Positions 8,236 through 17,578 of a DNA stretch of 64,000 nt are shown here, in pieces. The stretch's first letter is position 1, and each line of letters opens with the position of its first letter. The stretch lies in assembly GCA_049325335.1 (NCBI GenBank), contig JBMOMC010000001.1:160001-224000 (forward strand). Direction: 5' to 3'. The stretch comes from Nitrospirota bacterium. Lineage in GTDB: Bacteria; Nitrospirota; Nitrospiria; 2-01-FULL-66-17. The position numbers were made by a program, and so were the translations under genes. Below the pieces are notes generated by a model. It ran no database searches. It saw nothing but the letters and a program-made list of their open reading frames with translations, and had not been told where the DNA came from.

Positions 8236-10469
8236 GCCGCCACCGCCTGGCGGACGCGCGCCGTGTCGCAATACCGCCGCCACATCGTCCGATACGCCTC
8301 CTCCAGCGCGCGAGTAAACGCGGCGCCGCCGCACAACGGGGATGCCGCCATGCGCCCGCGCAACTCGGAGCGCACCGCGGCCAACCGGCCCGGATCGCGC
8401 GCCCACGCGGTGGCGATCCGTACGTACGCGTCCGAATCCCCCGCCACCAGATCCGCCAGGCCCACCCGCGAGACCAGGCTCGCCGACATGCGCCCCGCGT
8501 GGCGCGCGCCGAGGAGGGTCACCACCGGCACGCCCATCCACAAGGCCTCGCAGGTGGTGGTGTGTCCGTTCCACGGAAACGCGTCCAACGCCACGTCGAT
8601 CTGGTGGTACACGGAGAGAAAACTCGCGCCGACCGACCGCGTGTTGAACAGGTCCACGCGCGACGGGTCGATCCCGCGCGCGACGAATGCCGCGCGATAC
8701 CGCTCTTGCACCGCGCCCTTGAGCGTGTTGCGAAACACCAGCAGCCGCGACGAGGGAGTGGCGTCCAACACGCGGCACCACAGGGCGATCACCTCGTCGT
8801 TGAGTTTGGCCAAATCATTGAGGGACCCGAACGTCACCGCGCCGCGCGAACCCGCGGGTGACGCCGACACCGGCGGCGCGTCGTGGTCGGGCTCATAACA
8901 CGCGAAGCCGTTGGGCAGGCGGACCAGCGCTTCGCTGTAGTACGCCTCCTGCCCCGGCGGATCCGCGATCGCGTCGGTGAGACGGTAGTCCACCGTGTTC
9001 AGCCCGGTGGTGTTGGGGTATCCGAGATACGTCGCTTGGATCGGCGCGGGCTTCTGCGCCAACACCAACAACCGGTTCTTGCGCGTGTGACCGGCCAAGT
9101 CAACCAGGATGTCGATGTGATCCGACCGGATGAGGTCCGCCACCTCGCCGTCCGAACGGCCGCAGATGTCGCGCCACGAGCCGGACAACCCGCGCAAGCG
9201 CTCGGTCACCGCGTCTGTCGCGCCGACGTCCGCGTAACACGTCACCTCGACGTCGGTCCGGTTGTGGTACGACAAGATCGGCGCGAGAAAACACGCCACC
9301 GGATGACGGCGAAAATCCGGCGACAGATACCCGATACGCAGCCGCCGATCCGGGGTGCGGTCCGTCCGGTCCGACGGCGCGATCACCGCGAGGCCGGCGT
9401 GCGTCGCGGCCCATCGGCGGTGTTCGGCGAACAACTCCTCGGACGAGACCGCCGGGTGATAGTTGAGCGTGTAGACGAGGTTGCTGTGCGCCTCGACGAA
9501 CCCCGGGGCCAGACGGATCGCCTCGCGATAGTCCGCGAGCGCCCCGTCGATCTCACCCGCGTCTTTATACGCGTTTCCCCGATTGTTGTACGCCTCGGCG
9601 AACGACGGATTGGCAGCCAGCGCGCGCGCAAAACACGGCAACGCCTCATCCACCTCGCCCAACTCTTGGAGCGCCAAGCCGAGGTTATTGTGCGCCTCGG
9701 CGAGTTCGGGAACGATCGCCAGCGCCCTGCGGTAGGAGGCCATCGCCTCGTCATACCGTCCGAGATCCCGCAGCAGATTCCCCACGTTGTTGTGCGCTTC
9801 CGGAAACTCCGGGTTCAATCGCAACGCGTCGCCGTACGCGGCAACCGCCGCGTCGGATCGTCCCTGCGCGCGCAGGACGTTGCCCAGGCTGTAGTGGGCC
9901 TGCGCGAACTCGGGTTTGAGACGAATCGCGGCTCGAAAACACGCGGCCGCTTCGTCCCACCGGCCCTGCGCGCGCAACGTGTTGCCCAGGCTGTAATGGG
10001 CCTTGACGTGTTCGGGCCACTGCGTCAGCAACGCGCGAAAACAGGCCTCGGCCTCCGCCGACCGCCCCCCGCTTTTGAGCGCCGCGCCCAATCGGTACTG
10101 GATATCCGCCACCGTGGGCGCCAGGTCCCGGGCCCACCCCAATAAGTCGATCGCCGCGTCCCACCGGCCCTGGCCGTACAACAAACTCCCCAGTCCGGCG
10201 TAGAACGACGCCTCGATGGCGGCCAACGGCAACGGCAACGCGGGCCCGGCGCCTCCGTCGGAGTTCGCCCCTCGGCAATGGGCGAGCAGTCCGTTCAAAT
10301 GGAGCGCGTACGGATCATCCGGACTGGCCCGCAGGAGATTTCGACACCAAGTCTCGGCCTCCTCGATCCGTCCGGCGCGATACGCGCGCGCGGCGGACGT
10401 GAGCGTCTCGGCGCGTCCTCCGGACGCGCCGTCCCGAATCGCGACCGTATCAGGAACCGCGCGGCTCAT
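8232..10469 (-). CDS. TPR-containing GT41 (SPINDLY/OGT-like) protein glycosyltransferase
   Basis: Multiple tandem TPRs (AHYSLGN, AHNNLG) followed by RIGYLSPDFRRHPV, DILVDLAGHT, PAPIQATYLGYPNTTG, DAFPWNGHTTTCEALWMGVPVVTL. Confidence 0.9.
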   Translation of the reverse strand: MSRAVPDTVAIRDGASGGRAETLTSAARAYRAGRIEEAETWCRNLLRASPDDPYALHLNGLLAHCRGANSDGGAGPALPLPLAAIEASFYAGLGSLLYGQGRWDAAIDLLGWARDLAPTVADIQYRLGAALKSGGRSAEAEACFRALLTQWPEHVKAHYSLGNTLRAQGRWDEAAACFRAAIRLKPEFAQAHYSLGNVLRAQGRSDAAVAAYGDALRLNPEFPEAHNNVGNLLRDLGRYDEAMASYRRALAIVPELAEAHNNLGLALQELGEVDEALPCFARALAANPSFAEAYNNRGNAYKDAGEIDGALADYREAIRLAPGFVEAHSNLVYTLNYHPAVSSEELFAEHRRWAATHAGLAVIAPSDRTDRTPDRRLRIGYLSPDFRRHPVACFLAPILSYHNRTDVEVTCYADVGATDAVTERLRGLSGSWRDICGRSDGEVADLIRSDHIDILVDLAGHTRKNRLLVLAQKPAPIQATYLGYPNTTGLNTVDYRLTDAIADPPGQEAYYSEALVRLPNGFACYEPDHDAPPVSASPAGSRGAVTFGSLNDLAKLNDEVIALWCRVLDATPSSRLLVFRNTLKGAVQERYRAAFVARGIDPSRVDLFNTRSVGASFLSVYHQIDVALDAFPWNGHTTTCEALWMGVPVVTLLGARHAGRMSASLVSRVGLADLVAGDSDAYVRIATAWARDPGRLAAVRSELRGRMAASPLCGGAAFTRALEEAYRTMWRRYCDTARVRQAVAA

Positions 10470-10999
10470 GCCGGCACGTCCATCGCGACGCGATGCGACG
10501 CGAGCAGCCAATCGCACAGCTCCCGCACCGCGCCTTCCCCGCCGCGGCGCTCGGTCACCCACGCCGCGGCGCGGAGCGCGTCCGGGTGGGAATCGCGCAC
10601 GCACACCGGGACCCCGACCATAATGAGGCAGTCCACGTCATTGACGTCATTGCCCAGGTACGCCGCGTCCGACAGGGGCACGCCCAACCGTTCCGCCTCC
10701 GCGCGCAGCGTCTCGGCCTTGCGCTCGCACCCCTGAATGCAGCGCACCCCGAGTTTCTCGCACCGCACGGTCACGATCGGATTTTTCTCGGCGGAGAGCA
10801 CCAACGCGTCGATGCCCCGGCGCGCGAGGGCTTGCAACCCCAGGCCGTCCGCGCGACTGCACCAGACCGCTTCCCGACCGTCCTGAAACACCAACACGCG
10901 GTTGTCCGTGAATACGCCGTCGAAATCAAACACCGCCAGACGCACCGACCCGACGCGGACGCCCGGTGTCCGACGACGCGCCGTGGTCGCGCGCTTCAC
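10466..10999 (-). CDS. KdsC-family HAD phosphatase (ulosonate-phosphate phosphatase)
   Basis: FDFDGVFTD, DGLG, GNDVND and GGEGAVRE motifs; GTGA overlap with the neuB stop. Confidence 0.88.
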   Translation of the reverse strand: MKRATTARRRTPGVRVGSVRLAVFDFDGVFTDNRVLVFQDGREAVWCSRADGLGLQALARRGIDALVLSAEKNPIVTVRCEKLGVRCIQGCERKAETLRAEAERLGVPLSDAAYLGNDVNDVDCLIMVGVPVCVRDSHPDALRAAAWVTERRGGEGAVRELCDWLLASHRVAMDVPA

Positions 11000-12075
11000 G
11001 CCGCCTTCTTCCGCGCGTCCGCGGCCGCGACTTCCACGTCATCGGCCCGAATCAACGCGTCCGGCACCAGATCCCGCTTTAACCGTTTCCCCAGCAGCTC
11101 GTGGATGCGCGAGGGCGGCAACCCGCCGTCCGGAGATTTGATCGCGATGTCCGCCTGCCCCAACACCGCGCCGCTCGCGAGCGCCCGGGCCGCGTACAGA
11201 CTCTTGCCCATCTTGGCGCGCGCGTCGCGCTCAAAGTCACGCACCACTTTGGTCCCGTCGCCGAGCGACGCGTCCACGCGCCGCAGATCGCGGATCATCT
11301 TATGGAGGCCGGTCGGCTCGAGCGAAAACTTGTGATCGGTGCCTTTCCACGCGCGGTTCAACGTAAAGTGCTTTTCCACCACCACCGCGCCCAACAAGTA
11401 GGCGACCACCGGCGCAAGGATGCCGTTGTCGTGGCCCGAGTACCCGATGATGGTGGACGGGAACTCGCGCCGCAGCGTGGAGATGGCGCGTAAGTTCAGG
11501 TTTTCGTATTCCGTGGGGTACCCCGCGGTGCAGTGCAAGAGGCAAAATTGATCGTGGTGCGCGCGGATCGCGTCATGCGCGGTGCGGACTTCCTCCAGCG
11601 ACGCCGCGCCGGTGGAGACCACCATGGGTTTGCCCAATTTCGCCACGTAGGTCAGCAGCGGCGTGTTGGTGACGTCGCCGGAGGCGATCTTGTACCCGGC
11701 AATCCCGAGTTTTTCCAGGAAATCCACGCTCGCGAAATCAAACGGCGTGACCAAGAACTCCACCTCGTTGTCCTCGGCGCACGCTTTGAGCTGGACGTAC
11801 TCGTTCCACCCGAACTCCAAAAAGTCCCGGTGCTGTCCGTAGGTGGCGCCGTAGCTGTTCTCGTTGTCGTACGGGCGATCGTACATGGCCTTGGTGTAAA
11901 GGGACTTGTTATCGCGTTTCTGAAATTTCACGGCGTTAACGCCCATGCCCGCCGCGATCTTGATCATGCTAAGCGCGGTCTTGAGATCGCCCTGATGGTT
12001 ATTGCCGATCTCGGCGATGACGTAACACGGTCCTTGTTCGGATACAGTGGTCCGTCCGAGGGTGAATCCCTTCAT
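10996..12075 (-). CDS. neuB: NeuB-family nonulosonate(-phosphate) synthase with C-terminal AFP-like domain
   Basis: IAEIGNNHQGD, VKFQK, KIASGD, STG, LHCT..YP, GYSGH, EKHFTL; GGAGG RBS before ATG 12075. Confidence 0.92.
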   Translation of the reverse strand: MKGFTLGRTTVSEQGPCYVIAEIGNNHQGDLKTALSMIKIAAGMGVNAVKFQKRDNKSLYTKAMYDRPYDNENSYGATYGQHRDFLEFGWNEYVQLKACAEDNEVEFLVTPFDFASVDFLEKLGIAGYKIASGDVTNTPLLTYVAKLGKPMVVSTGAASLEEVRTAHDAIRAHHDQFCLLHCTAGYPTEYENLNLRAISTLRREFPSTIIGYSGHDNGILAPVVAYLLGAVVVEKHFTLNRAWKGTDHKFSLEPTGLHKMIRDLRRVDASLGDGTKVVRDFERDARAKMGKSLYAARALASGAVLGQADIAIKSPDGGLPPSRIHELLGKRLKRDLVPDALIRADDVEVAAADARKKAA

Positions 12076-12124
12076 CGGTCTCCTCCGGTTAACACCCGAC
12101 ACCGCCACTCCCGGTTCTTGCGGC

Positions 12125-12140
12125 TGCAATCGTGATGCCA
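12125..12140 (-). promoter_or_regulatory. Putative sigma54 (-24/-12) promoter of the glycosylation operon
   Basis: Minus strand TGGCATCACGATTGCA = GG-N10-GC, about 50 bp upstream of neuB. Confidence 0.7.
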
Positions 12141-12257
12141 TCGACAGGTCGCGCCCATTCGCGGATTTCGGTCGAGCCGATCCTCTCGCTAGGTCGTTTT
12201 TGCCGGGTGCTAGGAAAATTGGATCAGACGCCGCTGGCGGCGTCGCTGGACAGCCTG

Positions 12258-13475
12258 CTACCGGAGGAAGTTCAGAAACGACGAGTTGAACAATCGCGAC
12301 GCCATGGTCCGCGTGGCTTGGAGCACGTTCTGCTGGAACATCAGATCCGATACCGCGCGATCCAAATCCACGTCCCCGGTCTCCGAACGGAATCGCGCGG
12401 CCACGACTTTGAGATCCTCGAACGTCGTCACGGTCGCGTCCATCCCATTGAGGCGCGCTCCCACCAGGGCTCGCTCGCTGTTGAGCTGCTCCATCGCCGT
12501 GCTCAAGTCCGTGAGCGCGGTTTCCATCCCGGGAATGTCGTCGTTCTGCAACGCGATTTGCAATCCGGCCACCGCGGATAGAACATCCACGCCTCCGGAC
12601 ACCCCCGCGCCCAGGAACAACCGATCGCCGGGCAAATTTTTCACCACGCTTTCTTGCGCGCCGGTCAACACGGACATCTCATTGGAGTCGCCCAGATAGG
12701 TCCCCGCGGGTTCGTTCGTCCCCGCAGCCAACCCCAACCCGGCGAGCGCCCCGCCCGCGGTCGGACTCACCGCCGACGCGCCGCCGGTCGCATCCGACGT
12801 GATCACCAGATGGTCCGTATCAAACGTCACGCTCACGGACCGCCCCGCGGCCGCCAAGGTGGGATCCGCGTTCACCACGCTCTCCACCATGGTCGCGAGC
12901 GACGCCCCGGTCGCGTACGCGCCGCTGGTGAGCGTCACCGTGGTCGAGACGCCGTCAACCGACAGGGTCAAGTCATCCGTCCCCGGGGCGACGGTCACGG
13001 GAAACGCGAGCGCGGTCCCGGTGTACCGCCCGTTGACCACAAACGGTTGGGTGGACGTTTCGTACCCGGAGAACACGTACCGCCCGTCGTGGACCGTATT
13101 GCCCACCGCCACCATGTGATCGAAGATTTCACTGACCTCGCGAGCCGCGTTGGCGCGATCTTCCGGCGTGTTGGTGCCGTTGATCATCTGCAGCGCCAGT
13201 TCGCGGGCGCGGATCAACTGGTCCTGCGCGGACGATAACGCGCCCTCGCTGGTGGATATCCAGGCCTCCGCGTCCGCGATATTGCGCAGGTACTGGTCGG
13301 CCGAGGCCAGCGTGGTCTCGTAGTTGAGCAGTTGCGCGTGTTTGATCGGATCATCGGAGGGCTGATTGATTTTCTTCCCGCTCGACACCTGATCTTCCAA
13401 ACGCAGCACCGCCGCGGATTGACGCTGCATGTGCCCCACCAAGGACTCGAAGATCATGCGTTCCGAAACGCGCAT
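12258..13475 (-). CDS. flgL: Flagellar hook-associated protein 3
   Basis: SSGKKINQPSDDP N-terminus, GRYVFSG, flagellin-like C-terminus; follows flgK. Confidence 0.93.
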   Translation of the reverse strand: MRVSERMIFESLVGHMQRQSAAVLRLEDQVSSGKKINQPSDDPIKHAQLLNYETTLASADQYLRNIADAEAWISTSEGALSSAQDQLIRARELALQMINGTNTPEDRANAAREVSEIFDHMVAVGNTVHDGRYVFSGYETSTQPFVVNGRYTGTALAFPVTVAPGTDDLTLSVDGVSTTVTLTSGAYATGASLATMVESVVNADPTLAAAGRSVSVTFDTDHLVITSDATGGASAVSPTAGGALAGLGLAAGTNEPAGTYLGDSNEMSVLTGAQESVVKNLPGDRLFLGAGVSGGVDVLSAVAGLQIALQNDDIPGMETALTDLSTAMEQLNSERALVGARLNGMDATVTTFEDLKVVAARFRSETGDVDLDRAVSDLMFQQNVLQATRTMASRLFNSSFLNFLR

Positions 13476-13523
13476 CCCCCTACCTCGCCGCCCCGCGCCC
13501 GACCGCCCGGCTCACCGGGCCGC

Positions 13524-15173
13524 TCATCGTTTGATCTCCAGCAGGGTCTGCAACAGCTCATCGGCCATCGTGATCAACCGCGCCGAGGCCTCAAACGCTC
13601 GTTGGAAGCGGATCAAGTTGGTCATCTCCTCGTCCAACGACACCCCGGAGGTTTCCTCGCGCATACGGCCCAGTTGTTCCTCGATGATCTGTTGCGCGGA
13701 CAAGCTCCGCTGCGCGGCTTGCGCGTCGGTGCCGACGTCGCTGGTCAACCCGCTGTAAAACGCGTGCATCGTCACCGATCCCAGGGCCGTGACCGCCTGG
13801 TCCTGGATGCGCGCCAACAACACCGCGTTGCCGTTGTCCCCGGGAACACCCGCGGCCGACGACGAGGCCGCGACCTCGTCCGGGTCGCTGAGCGCGACCG
13901 ACATCGCGGCGGCCGTGCCCGCGTGCGCGCTGAGTGTAAACACGTCGCCCGCCGCCGGCGCGCCCGTGACCGCCACGGACAGCCCTTCAAAACCGATGGT
14001 GGTCGGATCGCTGTAGGCGGCGGTGGCGCTCGCCCCGGTGGCCGTGTTGGTGATGGTGTAGTTTCCGCCCGCGAAACTCAGTTGGTACGCGTCGAAGGTC
14101 AGCGCCGACGGGGTGGCGACCGTCACGGTCACGGCCCCGGATCCCGTATTCGCGCTCAGCGCCCGCGCGGTCGGCGCCAGCGGACCGAAAAAGTCGTTGC
14201 CGGTTGATCCGTCGAGCCCGAAACCCGCCCGATGTTGCTGGTTGATTTCGTTCACCAGGCCCGCGGCCAGTTGATCGAGTTGATCGAGATAGCCGGGAAT
14301 CGTGCTGTCGCGAAGATCGAGCAGACCTTTGAGGCGTCCGTCGGTGATCGAGGACATCATGTCAAACGTGGTCCCGGTCCCCGGATCGAAGACGACATCC
14401 AGAAATCCCGCGTTGTCGGGGTCCGCCGCGCCGCGCAAGGGGAACGCTTGGTTCCCTTCGACCAAGGGTTTGCCCCCGCCTACCATCACGGTCATCTGCC
14501 CGCCCGCGTCCTCGAAGGTGTTGATGTCGATCTGTTCGGCCAATTGGTTGATCAACACGCCGCGCGCGTCGCGCAGGTCATTGGCGTGTTGCCCGCGCAG
14601 TTCCGCGCGGTTGATTTCTTCGTTGAGCGACGCGATTCGTGACGCCATCGCGTTGATGTCGGCGATGGTGCCCGCCACGTCCCGGTTGACGTCGGCCTGG
14701 ATCTGACGCAATTGCGAGTTCGCCGCGGTGATGCGCTGCGCCAACGTATCCGCCCGCGCCAACAGCGCCACCCGTTCGGCCCGGCCCTGCGGATTATTCG
14801 AGACGTCCTGCACCGCGGCGAAAAAGTCGGTCAACGCTTGATGCACCCCGGTCCCCCGCGAATCCGCGAACACCGATTCCACGCGGCTCAGAATGCTGCG
14901 CGTGACGTCGAACCGCCCCAAACTCGACTGTTCCGAGGTGAGTTGGTCTTCGACGAACTGATCCACCAACCGACGGATCTCGCCGACTTGCACGCCGGTT
15001 CCGATTTGGCCCGGGCGATCATCGGCCGGGGTGGTGGTTTCAAACACCGGGTTTTGCCGCGAGTAGCCGGGCGTGTTGACGTTGGCGATATTGTGCGAGG
15101 TCACGGACAAGGCGCGCTGCTGGGCGAACAAACTCAGCTTCCCGGTGTTGAAGATGCTGAAAATGCTCGACAC
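13524..15173 (-). CDS. flgK: Flagellar hook-associated protein 1
   Basis: HNIANVNTPGYSRQ N-terminus; SGVSLDEEMTNLIRFQRAFEASAR C-terminus. Confidence 0.95.
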   Translation of the reverse strand: MSSIFSIFNTGKLSLFAQQRALSVTSHNIANVNTPGYSRQNPVFETTTPADDRPGQIGTGVQVGEIRRLVDQFVEDQLTSEQSSLGRFDVTRSILSRVESVFADSRGTGVHQALTDFFAAVQDVSNNPQGRAERVALLARADTLAQRITAANSQLRQIQADVNRDVAGTIADINAMASRIASLNEEINRAELRGQHANDLRDARGVLINQLAEQIDINTFEDAGGQMTVMVGGGKPLVEGNQAFPLRGAADPDNAGFLDVVFDPGTGTTFDMMSSITDGRLKGLLDLRDSTIPGYLDQLDQLAAGLVNEINQQHRAGFGLDGSTGNDFFGPLAPTARALSANTGSGAVTVTVATPSALTFDAYQLSFAGGNYTITNTATGASATAAYSDPTTIGFEGLSVAVTGAPAAGDVFTLSAHAGTAAAMSVALSDPDEVAASSSAAGVPGDNGNAVLLARIQDQAVTALGSVTMHAFYSGLTSDVGTDAQAAQRSLSAQQIIEEQLGRMREETSGVSLDEEMTNLIRFQRAFEASARLITMADELLQTLLEIKR

Positions 15174-15175
15174 GC

Positions 15176-15721
15176 CTACCCTCGCCCGAGCGAGCGACCG
15201 CTCACCGTCGTCTCATGGAGCGCGCCGCTGGGCTGGTAGATCGCGCCGGCGCTGGTGAGCCGACGCAGCAGCCCGATCAGCCCGTTGACCCGCGTGAGGA
15301 GCCGATCCGCCACCAGGCCGTTGAGCTGATTGAGTTCGATGATGCCGGCGGTCAACGATTCCAGGCGCGCCTGACAGGATTGCAGTCTGCTCGCGTACGC
15401 CGGAGGGGCGCACGCGATGAGCTCGGATAACGTCCACTCCCGCGAGGCCCGGCCCGCGGACGCGGCCCACGCGGCCACAGCGTCCCGCCGACGCCCCTCC
15501 GCCTCGCGGAGGCGATGCAGCAGGCGCTCCTTCTCGTTCAGGCAGGGCACCACCTCGTCCACCTCGCCTTCCACCATCAGTCGCTTTTCCGCCTGGAGCA
15601 CGGGCAGCAACTGCTGGTGCAGGGCGATCTGCCCCTCCAGGACGACCGTCAAGGTTTCCAACTCCAGGTCCAGCGACCGGCCCTGGGATTCATGTCCATC
15701 GGTTGCGGCTCTCGGCTCCAT
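15176..15721 (-). CDS. flgN: FlgN export chaperone
   Basis: Helical protein between flgM and flgK with 'ELNQLNGL' and a C-terminal 'YQPSG'; start uncertain. Confidence 0.75.
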   Translation of the reverse strand: MEPRAATDGHESQGRSLDLELETLTVVLEGQIALHQQLLPVLQAEKRLMVEGEVDEVVPCLNEKERLLHRLREAEGRRRDAVAAWAASAGRASREWTLSELIACAPPAYASRLQSCQARLESLTAGIIELNQLNGLVADRLLTRVNGLIGLLRRLTSAGAIYQPSGALHETTVSGRSLGRG

Positions 15722-15755
15722 GCGTGTCTCGTGGGGTCCCTTCGTGCGTGGGTGA

Positions 15756-16061
15756 TTAGAGCAGGCGGTCGAAAATCGCGGCGCGAACCAAGCCGTCCGC
15801 AATGTCCTCGTTCGTTGCCGCATAGGAGCCGTCCGCCACCCGTTGGGCAATGGCGTCCACGCGTTCGACGCGCGGGTCCGACGCCGCCGCGTCGAGACGA
15901 TGCGTCGAGCCCTCCTTGGCTTGCACGGAGAGATCAATGCGGTCGCCCGCGTCCGGCCGGTGACCGACCGGTTCTTCGTATTGTCCTTTTTTGGCCACTC
16001 CCTTGTTCCCGGGGAGCGACGTTTCCACCACTCGAAATGGGTTCTGGCCGGGTATTCTCAT
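15756..16061 (-). CDS. flgM: Anti-sigma28 factor FlgM
   Basis: DRIDLS...RVERVDAIAQRVADGSY...IAD motif; typical position. Confidence 0.85.
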   Translation of the reverse strand: MRIPGQNPFRVVETSLPGNKGVAKKGQYEEPVGHRPDAGDRIDLSVQAKEGSTHRLDAAASDPRVERVDAIAQRVADGSYAATNEDIADGLVRAAIFDRLL

Positions 16062-16117
16062 GGCTGCCCCCTCATGCTCGCGCGCACCGATGCCTCCCTA
16101 AACCAAGGCTTATCTGC

Positions 16118-16145
16118 GTATCGGACGGTCCGACTCAAAACTTAA
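16118..16145 (-). promoter_or_regulatory. Putative sigma28 promoter of flgM
   Basis: TTAAG-N15-TCCGATAC upstream of flgM. Confidence 0.6.
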
Positions 16146-16432
16146 GGCCCATTTTCGCCCGTGCCCCGATCCAGCAGGGCCTGGGTGAGCCCGATGCCCC
16201 CGGCTTTGGCCACGGCATCGGCCAGGGCCTGGTCGGTCAAGGACTGAAACACCCCCCCGCCGAGGCCTTCGCCCCCCATACCGCCGCCGGGAATGGTCTC
16301 GCGCATTTCCTGTAAGAGGAGCTGGACCAAATAGGCTTCAAACTCGTGCGCCGCGCGGGCCAGGGCGCGGCCGCTCTCCGGAGGCTGCGCCCCGCCGAAC
16401 GCGCCCACGCCGGGTACCCCAGGGATCATCAT
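16142..16432 (-). CDS. flgJ: FlgJ, rod-binding domain only
   Basis: AAHEFEAYLVQLLLQEMR...DQALA...GGIGL; no muramidase domain. Confidence 0.85.
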   Translation of the reverse strand: MMIPGVPGVGAFGGAQPPESGRALARAAHEFEAYLVQLLLQEMRETIPGGGMGGEGLGGGVFQSLTDQALADAVAKAGGIGLTQALLDRGTGENGP

Positions 16433-17553
16433 AAGATCTCCAGATCCGCGTGCAATGCGCCGGCCGCCTGCATCGCTTGTAAGATGGCGATCAAGTCCCG
16501 CGGGCTGACCCCGATGGCGTTTAACCCCCGCACCACGTCCCCGATGCTGGTGCCTTCCGGCAACATGATGACCTGCGCGTCGTCTTCGGTCACGTCGGTT
16601 TGCCGCCTAGGCGTGACCACGGTTTGTCCGGTCTCGGAAAACGGCGAGGGCTGGGACACCGTCAACTCGGTTTTCACCCGGATCGTCAAGTTCCCGTGCG
16701 AGACCGCGACGTCCGCGATTCGGACGTGCTCCCCCATGACAATGGTGCCGGTTCGTTCGTTGACCACCACTTTGGCCGGCAGATCCACTTCGACATCCAA
16801 GTTCTCGATCTCCGCGACCAACGCCACCACCCGCCCGCGGTACGCATCCGGCACGCGCAGGCTCACCGCGCCCGAGTCCGCGGCCATCGCCGACACGCCG
16901 TCTCCGAGCCGGGTGTTGATCGCCGCGGCCATCCTGGTAGCGGTGGTGAAATCTTGTTGACGCAACAACAACGTCAGCGATGAACGGTCGCCGAGATCCA
17001 GCGGCACCGCGCGTTCTACCACCGCCCCTCCGGCAATGCGGCCCACAGTCGGATGGTTTTTCTGGACCGTGTCCCCGTCTTTGCCCCCAAGGAACCCCCC
17101 GATCGAGACCGGACCTTGCGCCACGGCATACACCTGCTGATCCGGCCCTTGCAACGGCGTCAAGAGTAGGGTCCCGCCCTGGAGACTGGTGGCGTCGCCC
17201 ACCGAGGAAACCACGATGTCCACGCGGCTCCCGGGCTTCATGAACGGCGGTAATTTGGCCGTCACCACCACCGCGGCGATGTTTTTGACTTTGATCGCGC
17301 TGGCGTCGACCGCCACGCCCATTTTATTGAGCATGCTCGACAAACTCTGAACCGTGAACAACGTCCCGGTTTTATCGCCGGTGCCGTTGAGCCCGATCAT
17401 CAAGCCGTACCCGATCAACGCGTTTTCCCGCACGCCGGCCACGGTGGCCAAATCCTTGATCCGCGCGGCCTCGGCCGGATGCCCCATCGAAAGGGTCAGC
17501 AGCGCGCCGATGGCCATCGTCAGCCATCGCCCACGTGAACCACTTGAACGCAT
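16429..17553 (-). CDS. flgI: Flagellar P-ring protein
   Basis: RIKDLA.VAGVRENALIGYGL..GL.GTGD; ERTGTIVMG; AGALHADL; AGGAG RBS before ATG 17553. Confidence 0.95.
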   Translation of the reverse strand: MRSSGSRGRWLTMAIGALLTLSMGHPAEAARIKDLATVAGVRENALIGYGLMIGLNGTGDKTGTLFTVQSLSSMLNKMGVAVDASAIKVKNIAAVVVTAKLPPFMKPGSRVDIVVSSVGDATSLQGGTLLLTPLQGPDQQVYAVAQGPVSIGGFLGGKDGDTVQKNHPTVGRIAGGAVVERAVPLDLGDRSSLTLLLRQQDFTTATRMAAAINTRLGDGVSAMAADSGAVSLRVPDAYRGRVVALVAEIENLDVEVDLPAKVVVNERTGTIVMGEHVRIADVAVSHGNLTIRVKTELTVSQPSPFSETGQTVVTPRRQTDVTEDDAQVIMLPEGTSIGDVVRGLNAIGVSPRDLIAILQAMQAAGALHADLEIL

Positions 17554-17578
17554 TGAACTCCTGTTGTCTTGCGCGCCT

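Noticed and set aside
7408..8781. Long N-terminal extensions in the ORF track (SDR, GT41, FkbM, flgN, flgI, fliP, fliK, cheR, fliI)
   Set aside because: They overlap upstream genes or promoters; downstream starts with an RBS or ATGA/GTGA coupling fit better.
9500..10100. About 102-bp periodic similarity suggesting a repeat array or CRISPR
   Set aside because: Explained by 34-aa TPR repeats inside the GT41 gene; no spacers or cas genes.
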